This document shows positions 21,369 to 30,989 of a DNA stretch of 64,000 nucleotides, piece by piece; position 1 is the first letter of the stretch; every line of letters begins with the position of its first letter. Source of the DNA: an uncultured Chloroflexia bacterium (GTDB taxonomy: Bacteria; Chloroflexota; Limnocylindria; Limnocylindrales; CSP1-4); the NCBI GenBank assembly GCA_963712745.1, contig CAVQJC010000011.1, positions 64,001-128,000 on the forward strand, written 5' to 3'. A program made the position numbers and the translations under genes. A model generated the notes under the pieces. It was not told the DNA's origin, did no database searches, and was given only the letters and a program-made list of their open reading frames with translations.

Positions 21369-22226
21369 ATGGCCAAGATCAGTGGCGTGGTCATCGCGCT
21401 CAACGAGGCTCAGCAGCTGCATTACGCGCTTACGACGCTGCTGCCCTGGTGTGACGAGGTCATCGTCGTCGACCAGCACTCGGAGGACGAGACCGCCACC
21501 ATCGCCGCGGAGATGGGCGCGACCGTCTACCAGCACGAGCGCACCGGTGGCATCGCCGACCCGGCTCGCCGGTTCGCAGTCTCCAAGGCGACCGGCGATT
21601 GGATCTTCATCCTCGACGCCGACGAGATGATCCCGCCGTCCCTGGCGACACACCTGCGGGAGTTCGTGGAATCGGATCCCCAGGCCGACGTGGTGCTGGT
21701 GCCCCGGGCCAACCTCATCCTCGGCCGCTGGATCAGACACGGCAACAACTGGCCCAGCCGCCATGCCCGCTTCTTCCGGCCGGGCTCGCTGCTGATGACC
21801 GACCGCATCCACAAGTCCATCGTGCCTGCGCCCGGCACGCGCCGGCATCAGCTGGCAGCCGATCCGGCGCTGGCCATCTGGCACTTCCCCGGCGGCAACC
21901 TCTCCGATCTCGTGCGCAAGGTCGACCGCTACACCGACATCGAGGCTCGCCAGGCTTATGCCCGCGGCCGACGGGTGAACGGACCACTCGGTCTCTTCCC
22001 CGACGCCATCAAGTACTTCTGGCGCCAGTACATCAAGGGCCGCGGCTACCGCGACGGCACCATGGGCCTGGCCGTGGCCATCACGCGCACGTACTACCGC
22101 ATCCTCACCGCGGCCAAGCTGTACGAGTTGCCGCGCAAGAAGTCACGCGCCGCGGAGGTGAAGCTCGTGCGTGAGCGGCTGCTGAAGCGCTGGGGAGCAG
22201 AGGAGAGCGAGGACCGCGCCCCGTAG
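21369..22226 (+). CDS. Glycosyltransferase family 2 (paralog of the upstream gene)
   Basis: NEA, VDQHSEDET, LDADE, KGRGYRDG. Confidence 0.88.
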   Translation: MAKISGVVIALNEAQQLHYALTTLLPWCDEVIVVDQHSEDETATIAAEMGATVYQHERTGGIADPARRFAVSKATGDWIFILDADEMIPPSLATHLREFVESDPQADVVLVPRANLILGRWIRHGNNWPSRHARFFRPGSLLMTDRIHKSIVPAPGTRRHQLAADPALAIWHFPGGNLSDLVRKVDRYTDIEARQAYARGRRVNGPLGLFPDAIKYFWRQYIKGRGYRDGTMGLAVAITRTYYRILTAAKLYELPRKKSRAAEVKLVRERLLKRWGAEESEDRAP

Positions 22227-22448
22227 CGCTCCAGCGCCTGCCCCTGATCCGCCGGCCTGCCGACGCTGTTCGGCCGCGGCATCTCCCCCATTCCAGCTCG
22301 CCGCTGCTCCACTCCAAGCGTGCCCGCGTCCCCTTCGGGACTGATGGCCCCCGCATGCGCGGCGGACCGGCCCATCACCACGGAGTCGCTCGCGGGTAGG
22401 TTGGTACCGGTACCCCGTGACCTTTTTGCGGTCGGTAGGAGGTCTGAG

Positions 22449-24344
22449 ATGGACGCCATCGTCCTCGTCAAGCAGGTGCCGGACGTCTCCAACATCCCCG
22501 AGGACGCGTGGGACCGAGAGAAGGGGACGCTGCGCCGGGCGATGCTCGACAGCGTCACGAACCCGCTCGACCTTCATGCCCTCACCTTCGCCGCTGAGCT
22601 CACGCGCGACGAACCTGATGCCCGCCTGGTCTTCCTGACCATGGGCCCGCCGGCCGCGCGCGAGGTGCTCATGGACTGCCTCAGCCGTGTGCCTGGTGAA
22701 GCCATCCTCCTGACCGACAAGGCCTTCGCTGGTGCCGACACCGGTGCCACGGCCTACTCGCTGGCCATGGCCATCCGCCGCATCCAGCGCGAGCTCTTCG
22801 ACGGGCGCTGCGAGTACGTCGTGGTCACCGGCATGCAGTCGGTCGACGGCGACACCGCGCAGGTGCCGCCGCAGATCGCGGAGGAGCTGGGCATCGACCA
22901 CATCGCCTACGCCCAGGGCATGTCCCACGATCACGAGCTGACCATCCGCCGCATCGCAGCCGAGGGCATCGAGGACGTCAGGCCCAAGCGCTGTCCGGTG
23001 CTCGTCACGCTGACCGCCGCGACCAAGCCCCTGTTCCGCTCGTTCGAGGCCGCGCGTGAGGCGCGCCTCACCGACATCCGCGAGTGGAACGCAGAGTCGG
23101 TCGAGGCCGACCGCTCGCGCATCGGCCTCCAGGGCTCCTGGACGCAGGTATACCACTTGTTCAGCCCCTCGGAGGCGCGCACCAAGGAGTGCGAGTTCGT
23201 GTCCGATCCGTTCGAGCTCGTGACCAGGATGAAGGCCGCCTACGAGCAGGCTGAAGCCGGCCAGACCGTCCCTTGCGTGGACGTAGCCTACGACCTTGCT
23301 GGCCGCGACCCCACCTATCGCGGCGAGTTCTGGGTCTACGCCGAGCCCGAGGGCGATGGCGTCCGCTCCGTCTCGCTCGAGCTCCTGGGCACCGCACGCG
23401 ACCTGGCCTCGTGTCTCGGCGAGAAGGTCGCAGCCGTGCTCGCCGTCGATGACGCCGGTACCAGGCCGCAGACGCTCATCGCTGCCGGCGCGGACATCGT
23501 CTACGTGCTGGAGCACCCACTGCTCGCGACCTTCGACCCCATCGGCCACAAGAGCGTGCTGGCCAAGCTGGCCCGCGAGCGCAAGCCGCAGGCAATGCTC
23601 TTCGGCGCCAGCCCGCTGGGTCGAGAGCTGGCCCCCCGCGTGGCCTACGCCTGCCACTGCGGGCTCACCGCCGACTGTACCCAGCTCGAGATCGGCGACT
23701 ACGCGAAGGGTGCCGTCGACTGGGTCGGCATCCTCAGGCAGACCCGGCCCGCACTCGGCGGCAACGTCATGGCCACGATCATGACCAAGGACAGCCCGAC
23801 GCAGATGGCCACCGTGCGCCCCGGCGTCTTCAGGGTGCCGGTGCTCGATCCGGACCGGACCGGGGAGATCATCCGCCCCCAAGTCGAGCTCGAGGAGGAC
23901 GCGTTGGGGCTCGAGTCCACGCCGGTCGAGTCCTTCGCCAGTAAGACCTCCATCCGCGATGCCGAGGTCATCGTCGCCGGCGGCCACGGCTTCCGTTCGA
24001 AGGCCGACTTCGACCGCTACCTCGCTCCGCTCGCGGCAGGGATCGGCCGGCTACTCGGGGCGGACACCAAGGTGGCCGCCTCGCGCATGGCCGTCGAGGA
24101 CGGCTGCACCACGCATGACTACCAGGTCGGCCAGACCGGCCAGACGGTCCAGCCCCGGCTGTACCTGGCCATCGGCATCTCCGGTGCCATCCAGCACATC
24201 ACCGGCATGCAGTCGTCGGAGGTCATCGTGGCCATCAACAAGGACCCCAAGGCCAGGATCTTCGACTACGCGGACCTCGGCGTCGTCGGTGACATCGAGA
24301 CGGTCATCCCGGCCTTGACAGCGGCGCTGGAGGTGCCGGCATGA
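22449..24344 (+). CDS. Electron transfer flavoprotein beta-alpha fusion (FixA-FixB-like)
   Basis: N-half VKQVPD, TMGP, FAGADT, DGDTAQV (beta); C-half GLTADC, TRPALGGN, QVGQTG, GISGAIQH, AINKD (alpha), in one frame. Confidence 0.9.
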   Translation: MDAIVLVKQVPDVSNIPEDAWDREKGTLRRAMLDSVTNPLDLHALTFAAELTRDEPDARLVFLTMGPPAAREVLMDCLSRVPGEAILLTDKAFAGADTGATAYSLAMAIRRIQRELFDGRCEYVVVTGMQSVDGDTAQVPPQIAEELGIDHIAYAQGMSHDHELTIRRIAAEGIEDVRPKRCPVLVTLTAATKPLFRSFEAAREARLTDIREWNAESVEADRSRIGLQGSWTQVYHLFSPSEARTKECEFVSDPFELVTRMKAAYEQAEAGQTVPCVDVAYDLAGRDPTYRGEFWVYAEPEGDGVRSVSLELLGTARDLASCLGEKVAAVLAVDDAGTRPQTLIAAGADIVYVLEHPLLATFDPIGHKSVLAKLARERKPQAMLFGASPLGRELAPRVAYACHCGLTADCTQLEIGDYAKGAVDWVGILRQTRPALGGNVMATIMTKDSPTQMATVRPGVFRVPVLDPDRTGEIIRPQVELEEDALGLESTPVESFASKTSIRDAEVIVAGGHGFRSKADFDRYLAPLAAGIGRLLGADTKVAASRMAVEDGCTTHDYQVGQTGQTVQPRLYLAIGISGAIQHITGMQSSEVIVAINKDPKARIFDYADLGVVGDIETVIPALTAALEVPA

Positions 24345-25918
24345 GACCACCTCTCGACGTCCTCATCGTGGGTGCCGGCCCGGCCGGCCTGGCCACCGCC
24401 ATACGGCTCAAGCAGCAGGCGGACGAGGCCGGTCATCCGGTCTCGATGGCGGTCATCGACAAGGCCAGCCAGCCCGGATACCACAACCTCTCGGGCGCGG
24501 TGCTCGATCCGCGACCGCTTGACGAGCTGACCCCGGACTGGCGCAGCCATCGCTCGCTGGCGCAGCGGGTGGCGGAGGTCTCGCAGGACGACATGTACTT
24601 CCTGCTGGGCTCGCGTGCTATCCACGTGCCGGAGCTTGTGGCGCCCAGGGCCATGAGCCACATGGGCGATGCGATCGTCTCCATCTCCCGCCTGGTGGCC
24701 TACCTGGCGGCGGTGACCGAGGAGATGGGCATCGAGGTCTATGCGGGCTTCAGTGCCCGCGAGCTCATCATCGAGGGCGGCCGCGTCGCCGGCGTGCGCC
24801 TGGGCGAAGTGGGCCTTGATGTCGAAGGCGGCCACATGGCCAACTACCGTCCGGCCGAGGAGATCCGAGCCCGCGTGACGGTGCTGGCCGATGGCACCCG
24901 TGGCGTGCTCTCGGAGCAGCTGAAAGAGCGGTTCGGTGCCGGGCAGAACCCGCAGGTCTACTCGCTCGGTGTCAAGGCCGTGCTGCAGTTCCCCAGCGAG
25001 CACCCCTTCGGCCAGGGCCGTGTGGCCCACTTCCTGGGCTACCCCAACCCCTCGAACGTATTCGGCGGCGGTTTCCTCTACAGCCTGGATGTCAACACCG
25101 TGGCGGTCGGGCTCATCCTCGCCCTCGACTGGAAGTACGGCGACCTCAACCCCCAGCGCGAGTTCGAGCGGTTCCGGGCACACCCCTTCATCGCCCAGCA
25201 GCTCGAAGGTGGGGTGGCCATCGCCACCGGTGCGCGGACCATCCCCGAGGGCGGCTACTACGCTCTGGGCAAGGTCGCCGTGCCGGGGGCGCTGGTGGTC
25301 GGCGATGGGGCCGGCTTCGTCAACATGGAGAAGATCAAGGGCATCCACAACGCCATCTGGTCGGGCATGGCCGCCGCCGAGACGATCTCCGCCGGGCTGA
25401 CCCAGGCCGGTGACGTCACACTCGAGGGCTATCAACGGCGGCTCGAGGAGCGCGGTGTGCTGCCCGAGATGCGCCACGCGCGCAACTACCGCCAGGTCTT
25501 CAAGTGGGGCCTGTACCTGGGCGCGCCGCTCTCGCAGATCGCCCACCTGCTGCCGACCCGTATCGGCATGGAGGCCGATGCCGATGGCACCAGGGCGGGG
25601 GCACGCCTGGATCGCGCGGAGCCGAGAGGCATGGACGGGGCCACGTTCGTCAGCCTCACCGGCGCCCTGCACCGCGAGGACGAGGCTGCACACATGACCA
25701 TCCTCGATCCGTCGAAGTGCTTGACCTGCTCCGAGGAGTACGCGGCGGCGTGCTCGTACTTCTGCCCCGGCCAGGTCTACCGCTGGGATGGCGAGAAGAT
25801 CGTGCTCAGTCCGTCCAACTGCCTCCACTGCATGACCTGTGCCGTGAAGTGCCCGCTGGATAACATCCGCTGGCTGCCGCCCGAGGGTGGTGAGGGACCG
25901 CGGTTCGCGCGCATGTAG
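24341..25918 (+). CDS. ETF:quinone oxidoreductase (FAD domain + C-terminal ferredoxin)
   Basis: GAGPAG, LSGA, IPEGG, GDGAGF, KGIHNA, CPGQVY, CLHCMTC..KCP, PEGGEGP. Confidence 0.9.
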   Translation: MRPPLDVLIVGAGPAGLATAIRLKQQADEAGHPVSMAVIDKASQPGYHNLSGAVLDPRPLDELTPDWRSHRSLAQRVAEVSQDDMYFLLGSRAIHVPELVAPRAMSHMGDAIVSISRLVAYLAAVTEEMGIEVYAGFSARELIIEGGRVAGVRLGEVGLDVEGGHMANYRPAEEIRARVTVLADGTRGVLSEQLKERFGAGQNPQVYSLGVKAVLQFPSEHPFGQGRVAHFLGYPNPSNVFGGGFLYSLDVNTVAVGLILALDWKYGDLNPQREFERFRAHPFIAQQLEGGVAIATGARTIPEGGYYALGKVAVPGALVVGDGAGFVNMEKIKGIHNAIWSGMAAAETISAGLTQAGDVTLEGYQRRLEERGVLPEMRHARNYRQVFKWGLYLGAPLSQIAHLLPTRIGMEADADGTRAGARLDRAEPRGMDGATFVSLTGALHREDEAAHMTILDPSKCLTCSEEYAAACSYFCPGQVYRWDGEKIVLSPSNCLHCMTCAVKCPLDNIRWLPPEGGEGPRFARM

Positions 25919-25975
25919 CGCTGGTACCGGACGGGGACCTGACACGGCGGCCCTTCCTGGTGGGGGAGGCAGTCA

Positions 25976-26470
25976 TCAGGCGTCCTCGTAGTGGGACAGA
26001 CCCTTGCCCCTGGGGCCGATGGTCAGGCAGTCGCAGGTGCGCTCACCGTTCTCGTCGATGATGCGCATGCGGTGGTTGATCGCGGTGTCGCCCGAGGCCA
26101 GGTTGGCGCCGACCACGCAGTACTTGCGTGCCGATAGCTCGATGGCCCGCGCCACGGCCTTGTCGTCGATGGAGCGGCCCCTCACCACATGCTCGACGAC
26201 GATGTCGGTGAAGAACTTGGGGTGATCATCGCGCTGGGTGCCGACTGCGTCGACCTCGTAGCTCTCGACCTGCAGGCGCTTCTTGGACATGATCGAGACC
26301 GCGTCCATGCCGGTGCAGCCGGCCAGGCCGGCGAGCACGAGCGAGGCCGGTCGAAACGCCCCCGGGGACTCCGGACCGCCCATCGTGACCGTGGCACCGT
26401 CATCGGAGGTGCCGGTGAAATCGAGATCGCTGTTGCCCCAGCGAACGTTGATGTGCTTCTTCATGTCCAA
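25976..26470 (-). CDS. OsmC family protein
   Basis: LAGLAGCTGMD and SARKYC Cys pair. Confidence 0.88.
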   Translation of the reverse strand: MDMKKHINVRWGNSDLDFTGTSDDGATVTMGGPESPGAFRPASLVLAGLAGCTGMDAVSIMSKKRLQVESYEVDAVGTQRDDHPKFFTDIVVEHVVRGRSIDDKAVARAIELSARKYCVVGANLASGDTAINHRMRIIDENGERTCDCLTIGPRGKGLSHYEDA

Positions 26471-26599
26471 AGGGTAGCCCCGTGTCCCGACTCGACGCCC
26501 ATGCCGTTCGGACGATTGCCAGAGGACCTAGCGGTCCGTTCCCGGCCGGCGCGGCCAGACCAGCACGAGCGGCGCCCCGCGTCGCCGCCGATGGCTTGA

Positions 26600-27015
26600 G
26601 ATCTCTCCTCTCGAGTCAAGGACTGCCGGCTGTCGTCGGCGGCATCGCCGCCCGGCGCCGCCGCCCGCGACAGCGATCACGATGGACTGACGAACCGTTT
26701 CGAGCGGCTGCACAGCTACACCGACCCGCACGACCGAGAGAGCGACAACGACGGCCTTGGTGACGGCAAGGAGGACCCCGACCACGACGGCCTGAAGAAC
26801 CGGGCGGAGCAGCGTCTTCAGCTCGATCCGCGCGACTCTGACAGCGACGAAGATGGTCTGCGGGACGCGGCCGACGACGAGGATTGCGACGGCATCTCCA
26901 ACCGGCGCGAACTCCGCAAGGGCGCGAACTCCGCAAGGGCACGAACCCCGCTGATGCGGACTCCGATGAGGACGGCGTGCCCGACGGCCGAGAAGACTCG
27001 GACCACGACGGCTCC
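26600..27015 (+). pseudogene. Remnant of a Ca-binding DxDxDG (bacterial TSP3-like) repeat protein
   Basis: DSDHDGL, DPDHDGL, DSDEDGL, DEDCDGI, TNP..ADSDEDG repeats across two frames; no start codon; frameshift caused by a 17-bp duplication. Confidence 0.6.
26907..26940. repeat. Perfect 17-bp tandem duplication GCGAACTCCGCAAGGGC x2
   Basis: Read directly from the sequence. Confidence 0.9.
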
Positions 27016-27072
27016 TGGAGCCGACCATCGACCGACCGCGCCATCGTTCCTGCCGCCGAGCTGCCGCCTGGT

Positions 27073-28120
27073 TCTGTTCTCCTGAGACGTTGGTGACACG
27101 AGAGGAGCCTGTCACCGACTAGGTTGGGGGTTGCAGGACAACCAACCGATCAGGGAGGGCTCCTCGATGCATTGTCACCCCAACGCCCGGCGCACGCCAC
27201 GGGGCCGCGCCGATCTCTTCCTCGCGGTCGAGGCGGGCATGACCGTCACGGCCACCTGTGCCACCTTCGGCGTGAGCCGCCGCTGCTACTACCGCTGGCT
27301 GCCCCGCTGGCGGGCCCAGGGCCGGGCGGGCCTCGTCGACCGCAGCTCCCGTCCGCATACGAGCCCGCGACGGCTCGGCTGGCTCGACGAGGCCGCCATC
27401 GGTGCGCTCCGACGCCTGTTCGGCTGGGGCCCCGACCGCATCGCCCCGCTCGTCGGCTGTGCACCCTCCACGGCCCACCGGGCCCTCGACCGCGCGGGCC
27501 TCATCGAGCGCCCGACCGAGCGCGAGCGCGACGACCGCTACGAGTACGAGCGGCCGGGCGGCCTGCTGCACCTCGACACCAAGAAGCTCGGGCGCATCGT
27601 TGGGGGCCCGGGGCATCGGGCCACCGGGAGCCGGAAGGGACGCAGGAAGGGTGCCGGCTGGGAGCTCATGCACGCGGCCATCGACGACGCCAGCCGCCTC
27701 GTCTACGCCGAGATCCTGCCCGACCAGAAGAAGGGCACCACGACCCGCTTCACGCTGCGGGCGCTGCGCTGGTTCCACTCCCAGGGGGTCCGCGTCGAGC
27801 GGGTCCTCACGGACAATGGCAGCCCCTACCGGAGTCGCACCTTACGGGCCGCCCTGCGGCGCCTGCGCATCAAGCACCAGCGCACGCGGCCCTACCGGCC
27901 GCGCACGAACGGCAAGGTCGAACGCTCGATCCGGACCGTGTTGACCGAGTGCCGCTACCTCGAGGTCTTCGTCAGCTCACACGAGCGCCGGCTTGCGCTC
28001 GCGCGCTACATCGGGTACTACAACGACAGACGCCCCCACCTGGGCATCGGTGGGCGGACGCCTCGTCAGCGACTGCGCGCGAAGCAGGCCGCGGTGTGAC
28101 CAACCTATCCGGGGACTACA
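27073..28120 (+). mobile_element. IS481-family insertion sequence
   Basis: Transposase flanked by imperfect 27-bp IRs (left TCTGTTCTCCTGAGACGTTGGTGACAC; right, reverse complement, TGTAGTCCCCGGATAGGTTGGTCACAC); flanks CCTGGT / CCTAGC. Confidence 0.8.
27167..28099 (+). CDS. IS481-family transposase
   Basis: HPNARRTPRGR, DRSSRPH, LLHLDTKKLGRI, IDDASR, TDNG, TNGKVER, YN..RPH. Confidence 0.95.
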   Translation: MHCHPNARRTPRGRADLFLAVEAGMTVTATCATFGVSRRCYYRWLPRWRAQGRAGLVDRSSRPHTSPRRLGWLDEAAIGALRRLFGWGPDRIAPLVGCAPSTAHRALDRAGLIERPTERERDDRYEYERPGGLLHLDTKKLGRIVGGPGHRATGSRKGRRKGAGWELMHAAIDDASRLVYAEILPDQKKGTTTRFTLRALRWFHSQGVRVERVLTDNGSPYRSRTLRAALRRLRIKHQRTRPYRPRTNGKVERSIRTVLTECRYLEVFVSSHERRLALARYIGYYNDRRPHLGIGGRTPRQRLRAKQAAV

Positions 28121-28121
28121 C

Positions 28122-30011
28122 CTAGCTCAGGCCCGGAGCGTGGGCCTCGAACTGCTCGTGGTAGAGCCGGGCATATGCACCGCCCTGCGCCAGCAGCTCG
28201 GCGTGGGTCCCGCGCTCGACGATCTGCCCCCGCTCGTAGACGAGGATCAGATCGGCCCGCAGGATGGTCGAGAGCCGGTGCGCGATGGCCAGCGTGGTTC
28301 GGCCGCGCATGGTGGCCTCGATGGCGCGCTGGATGAGCCGCTCGCTGACCGTGTCCAGCGCGCTGGTGGCCTCGTCCAGCACGAGGATGCGCGGATCCTT
28401 GAGCAGCACCCGAGCGAGCGCGATGCGCTGCTTCTCGCCGCCGGAGAGCTTGTAGCCTCGCTCGCCGACCACCGTGTCGTAGCCCTCGGGTAACTCGCTG
28501 ATGCGCTCGTGGATGGCCGCGAGCCGTGCGGCCTCCTGCATCTCGGTGTCAGTGGCGTCGGGCTTGGCATAGGCCAGGTTCTCGCGAACGGTGGCATGGA
28601 AGAGGTACGCCTCCTGGGTCACGAAGCCGATGACGTCGCCCAGGCTGGCAAGCTGCAGGTCCCGCACGTCCCGCCCGTCGATCTCGACCGCGCCCGACTC
28701 CACGTCGTAGAGGCGCGGCAGCAGATAGGTCGAGGTCGTCTTGCCCGCGCCGGACGGGCCCACCAGTGCCGCCAGCTGCCCGGGCTCCACCTCGAAATCG
28801 ATGTCGCGCAGATTGAACGGCGTGCCGTTGCCGGCCTCTGGTGCAGCCGGGTCTACAGCGCCAGCCTCCGCGTCGACCGGCGCATCGGGGTAGCTGAAGG
28901 ACACGTGGCGGAAACGCACCCGGCCTGCCACCGAGCCCGCGCGCAGCGCTACCGCATCGGGCTTGTCGGTGATCTCAGGTTCCAGATCGAGGTACTCGAA
29001 GATGCGGTCGAACAACGCCAACGCGCCCTGCACCTCCACCTGCACGTTGAGCAGCTGTCCCAGCGGGAAGAAGAGCCTCGCCTGGAGGGTGGTGAAAGCC
29101 ACGATGTCGCCGATGCTGGGCGCCGTCGGATCGCCGGAGATGACCAGCAGCCCCGCGATCCAATAGACCACGGCCGGCATCACGCTGAAGACGGTGCCCA
29201 CCAGCATGAAGAACCAGCGCCCGACCAGCGACTGGCGCAGCTGCAGGCGGGCCAGCCGGGCGTTGGCCACGCGGAAGCGCTCGATGGCCGCGTACTGCTG
29301 CCCGAAGGTCTTGGACAGCAGGATGCCGCTGACAGAGAGTGTCTCCTCGGTGATGGCCGACATGTCCGCCATCGACTTCTGGGTCTCCTCGCTGGCCTTC
29401 CGTCGCACCTTGCCCACGCGGAACGTGAGGTACAGGAAGATGGGCAGGATGGCCAGCGAGATGGCCGTCAGCCGCCAGTCGAGCAGCACCATCGCCAACA
29501 GGGTCGTGACCACGATGGTCAGGTTGCTGAAGACCGAGCTGGCGGTGTCGGTCACCACCGACTGCACGCCGCCCACGTCGTTGGCGATGCGGCTCTGGAT
29601 CTCGCCGGTGCGGGTCTCGGTGAAGAAGCGCAACGGCATGCGCTGGAGGTGGGCGTAGACCGCATCGCGCAGGTCCTGCATGACGGCCTGGCCCACGCGG
29701 TTGTTGACGTACGTCTGGCCCACGCCGATGAAGCCGCTGATGACCGGGATGGCGATCATGCCCACGATGAGCAGGTTGAGCATGGCCAGGTCCTGGTCGG
29801 GGATGGCTACGTCGATCACCGACTTGAGCAGGAACGGCGTGACGACTCCAAGAAGGCTGGTCGCGACGATCGAGACCACCACCACCAGCACCTGCCGGCG
29901 GTAGGGATGGAAGAAGCCGGCGATGCGCCGCACGGTGGGCCAGCGCCGCTCCCTGGGCACCGGCGTGAAGTCGCGGCTGCTGAACGAGCGACCGCCACCA
30001 TGGAAGCCCAT
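28122..30011 (-). CDS. ABC exporter, fused permease + ATP-binding domains
   Basis: TM domain, GPSGAGKT, LSGGEKQR, LDEATSALD, AHRLST. Confidence 0.95.
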   Translation of the reverse strand: MGFHGGGRSFSSRDFTPVPRERRWPTVRRIAGFFHPYRRQVLVVVVSIVATSLLGVVTPFLLKSVIDVAIPDQDLAMLNLLIVGMIAIPVISGFIGVGQTYVNNRVGQAVMQDLRDAVYAHLQRMPLRFFTETRTGEIQSRIANDVGGVQSVVTDTASSVFSNLTIVVTTLLAMVLLDWRLTAISLAILPIFLYLTFRVGKVRRKASEETQKSMADMSAITEETLSVSGILLSKTFGQQYAAIERFRVANARLARLQLRQSLVGRWFFMLVGTVFSVMPAVVYWIAGLLVISGDPTAPSIGDIVAFTTLQARLFFPLGQLLNVQVEVQGALALFDRIFEYLDLEPEITDKPDAVALRAGSVAGRVRFRHVSFSYPDAPVDAEAGAVDPAAPEAGNGTPFNLRDIDFEVEPGQLAALVGPSGAGKTTSTYLLPRLYDVESGAVEIDGRDVRDLQLASLGDVIGFVTQEAYLFHATVRENLAYAKPDATDTEMQEAARLAAIHERISELPEGYDTVVGERGYKLSGGEKQRIALARVLLKDPRILVLDEATSALDTVSERLIQRAIEATMRGRTTLAIAHRLSTILRADLILVYERGQIVERGTHAELLAQGGAYARLYHEQFEAHAPGLS

Positions 30012-30040
30012 CAGGTCGCCACCGCTAGACTCGAGAAGAC

Positions 30041-30985
30041 GTGGACGAACGACCTAACCGGCTCGAGGACGAGCCAGAAGCCATCTTCATCGTGGGCGTC
30101 AGCCGCAGCGGCACGACGCTCATGCGCCGCATCCTCGACAAGCACAGCCGCATCGGCATCGCCACCGAGAACCACTTCCTCGGTCACCTGCTGGCCTGGG
30201 AGGGCACGCGCCATTATTTCCGGCGGCTGGGCGACTTGCGCGACGACGCCACCGTCCAGGCCCTCGTCGAGCTCATCTACTCGGGCGAGCTGCAGCGACG
30301 CTCCCGCCTGCGGGAGCTGAGCCCCTACTGGCGCTGGCTCACGAGCAAGGTCCCAGCCGAGGACATCGAGGCCTACCTGCTGGCATCGGATCGCACCGAG
30401 CGAGGCGTCTTCGAGGCGTTCCTGCGCGTCTACGCCGATCGCCGCGGCAAGGCCATCATGGGCGAGAAGACGCCGGCCCACCTCGACTACGTGGAGACCC
30501 TGCTGGAGTGGTTTCCCGACGGCCGTGTCGTGCACTGTGCGCGCGACCCTCGCGCGATCTACGTCTCTGAGCTGCGACGACGCCGCGAGGTCGCGACGGG
30601 CTTCCCATACCGGCAGCTGGCCATGGTCCCGGGCCTGATGGAGCGCTTCGTGCTGCTGCAGGTGGCGTGGGCCTGGGCCCGAGCCGTCCACCGCCACCGC
30701 ACGCTGAGCCGACGTTTCCCCGACCGCTACCGGCTGGTGCGTTTCGAGGACCTGGTGGCCGACCCGGCCGGGACGCTGGGCGCCCTGTGCGAGTTCCTGG
30801 GCGTGGCGGCCGAACCGCGCATGCTCGAGCAGAAGGTGACCTCCAGGGGCGCCCTGGTGGGCGCGGCCGGGTTCGACGCAGGGGCGGCCGACCGCTGGCG
30901 CGAAATCATCGATGCCGGCGCGCAGTCGAGCATCGAGCTGTTGCTCGGTCGGCGCCTGGCCGAGATGGGCTACGGGGCAGCGTGA
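30041..30985 (+). CDS. Sulfotransferase family protein
   Basis: GVSRSGTT 5'-PSB loop, EKTP, RDPR, RFEDLV. Confidence 0.88.
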   Translation: MDERPNRLEDEPEAIFIVGVSRSGTTLMRRILDKHSRIGIATENHFLGHLLAWEGTRHYFRRLGDLRDDATVQALVELIYSGELQRRSRLRELSPYWRWLTSKVPAEDIEAYLLASDRTERGVFEAFLRVYADRRGKAIMGEKTPAHLDYVETLLEWFPDGRVVHCARDPRAIYVSELRRRREVATGFPYRQLAMVPGLMERFVLLQVAWAWARAVHRHRTLSRRFPDRYRLVRFEDLVADPAGTLGALCEFLGVAAEPRMLEQKVTSRGALVGAAGFDAGAADRWREIIDAGAQSSIELLLGRRLAEMGYGAA

Positions 30986-30989
30986 ACGA

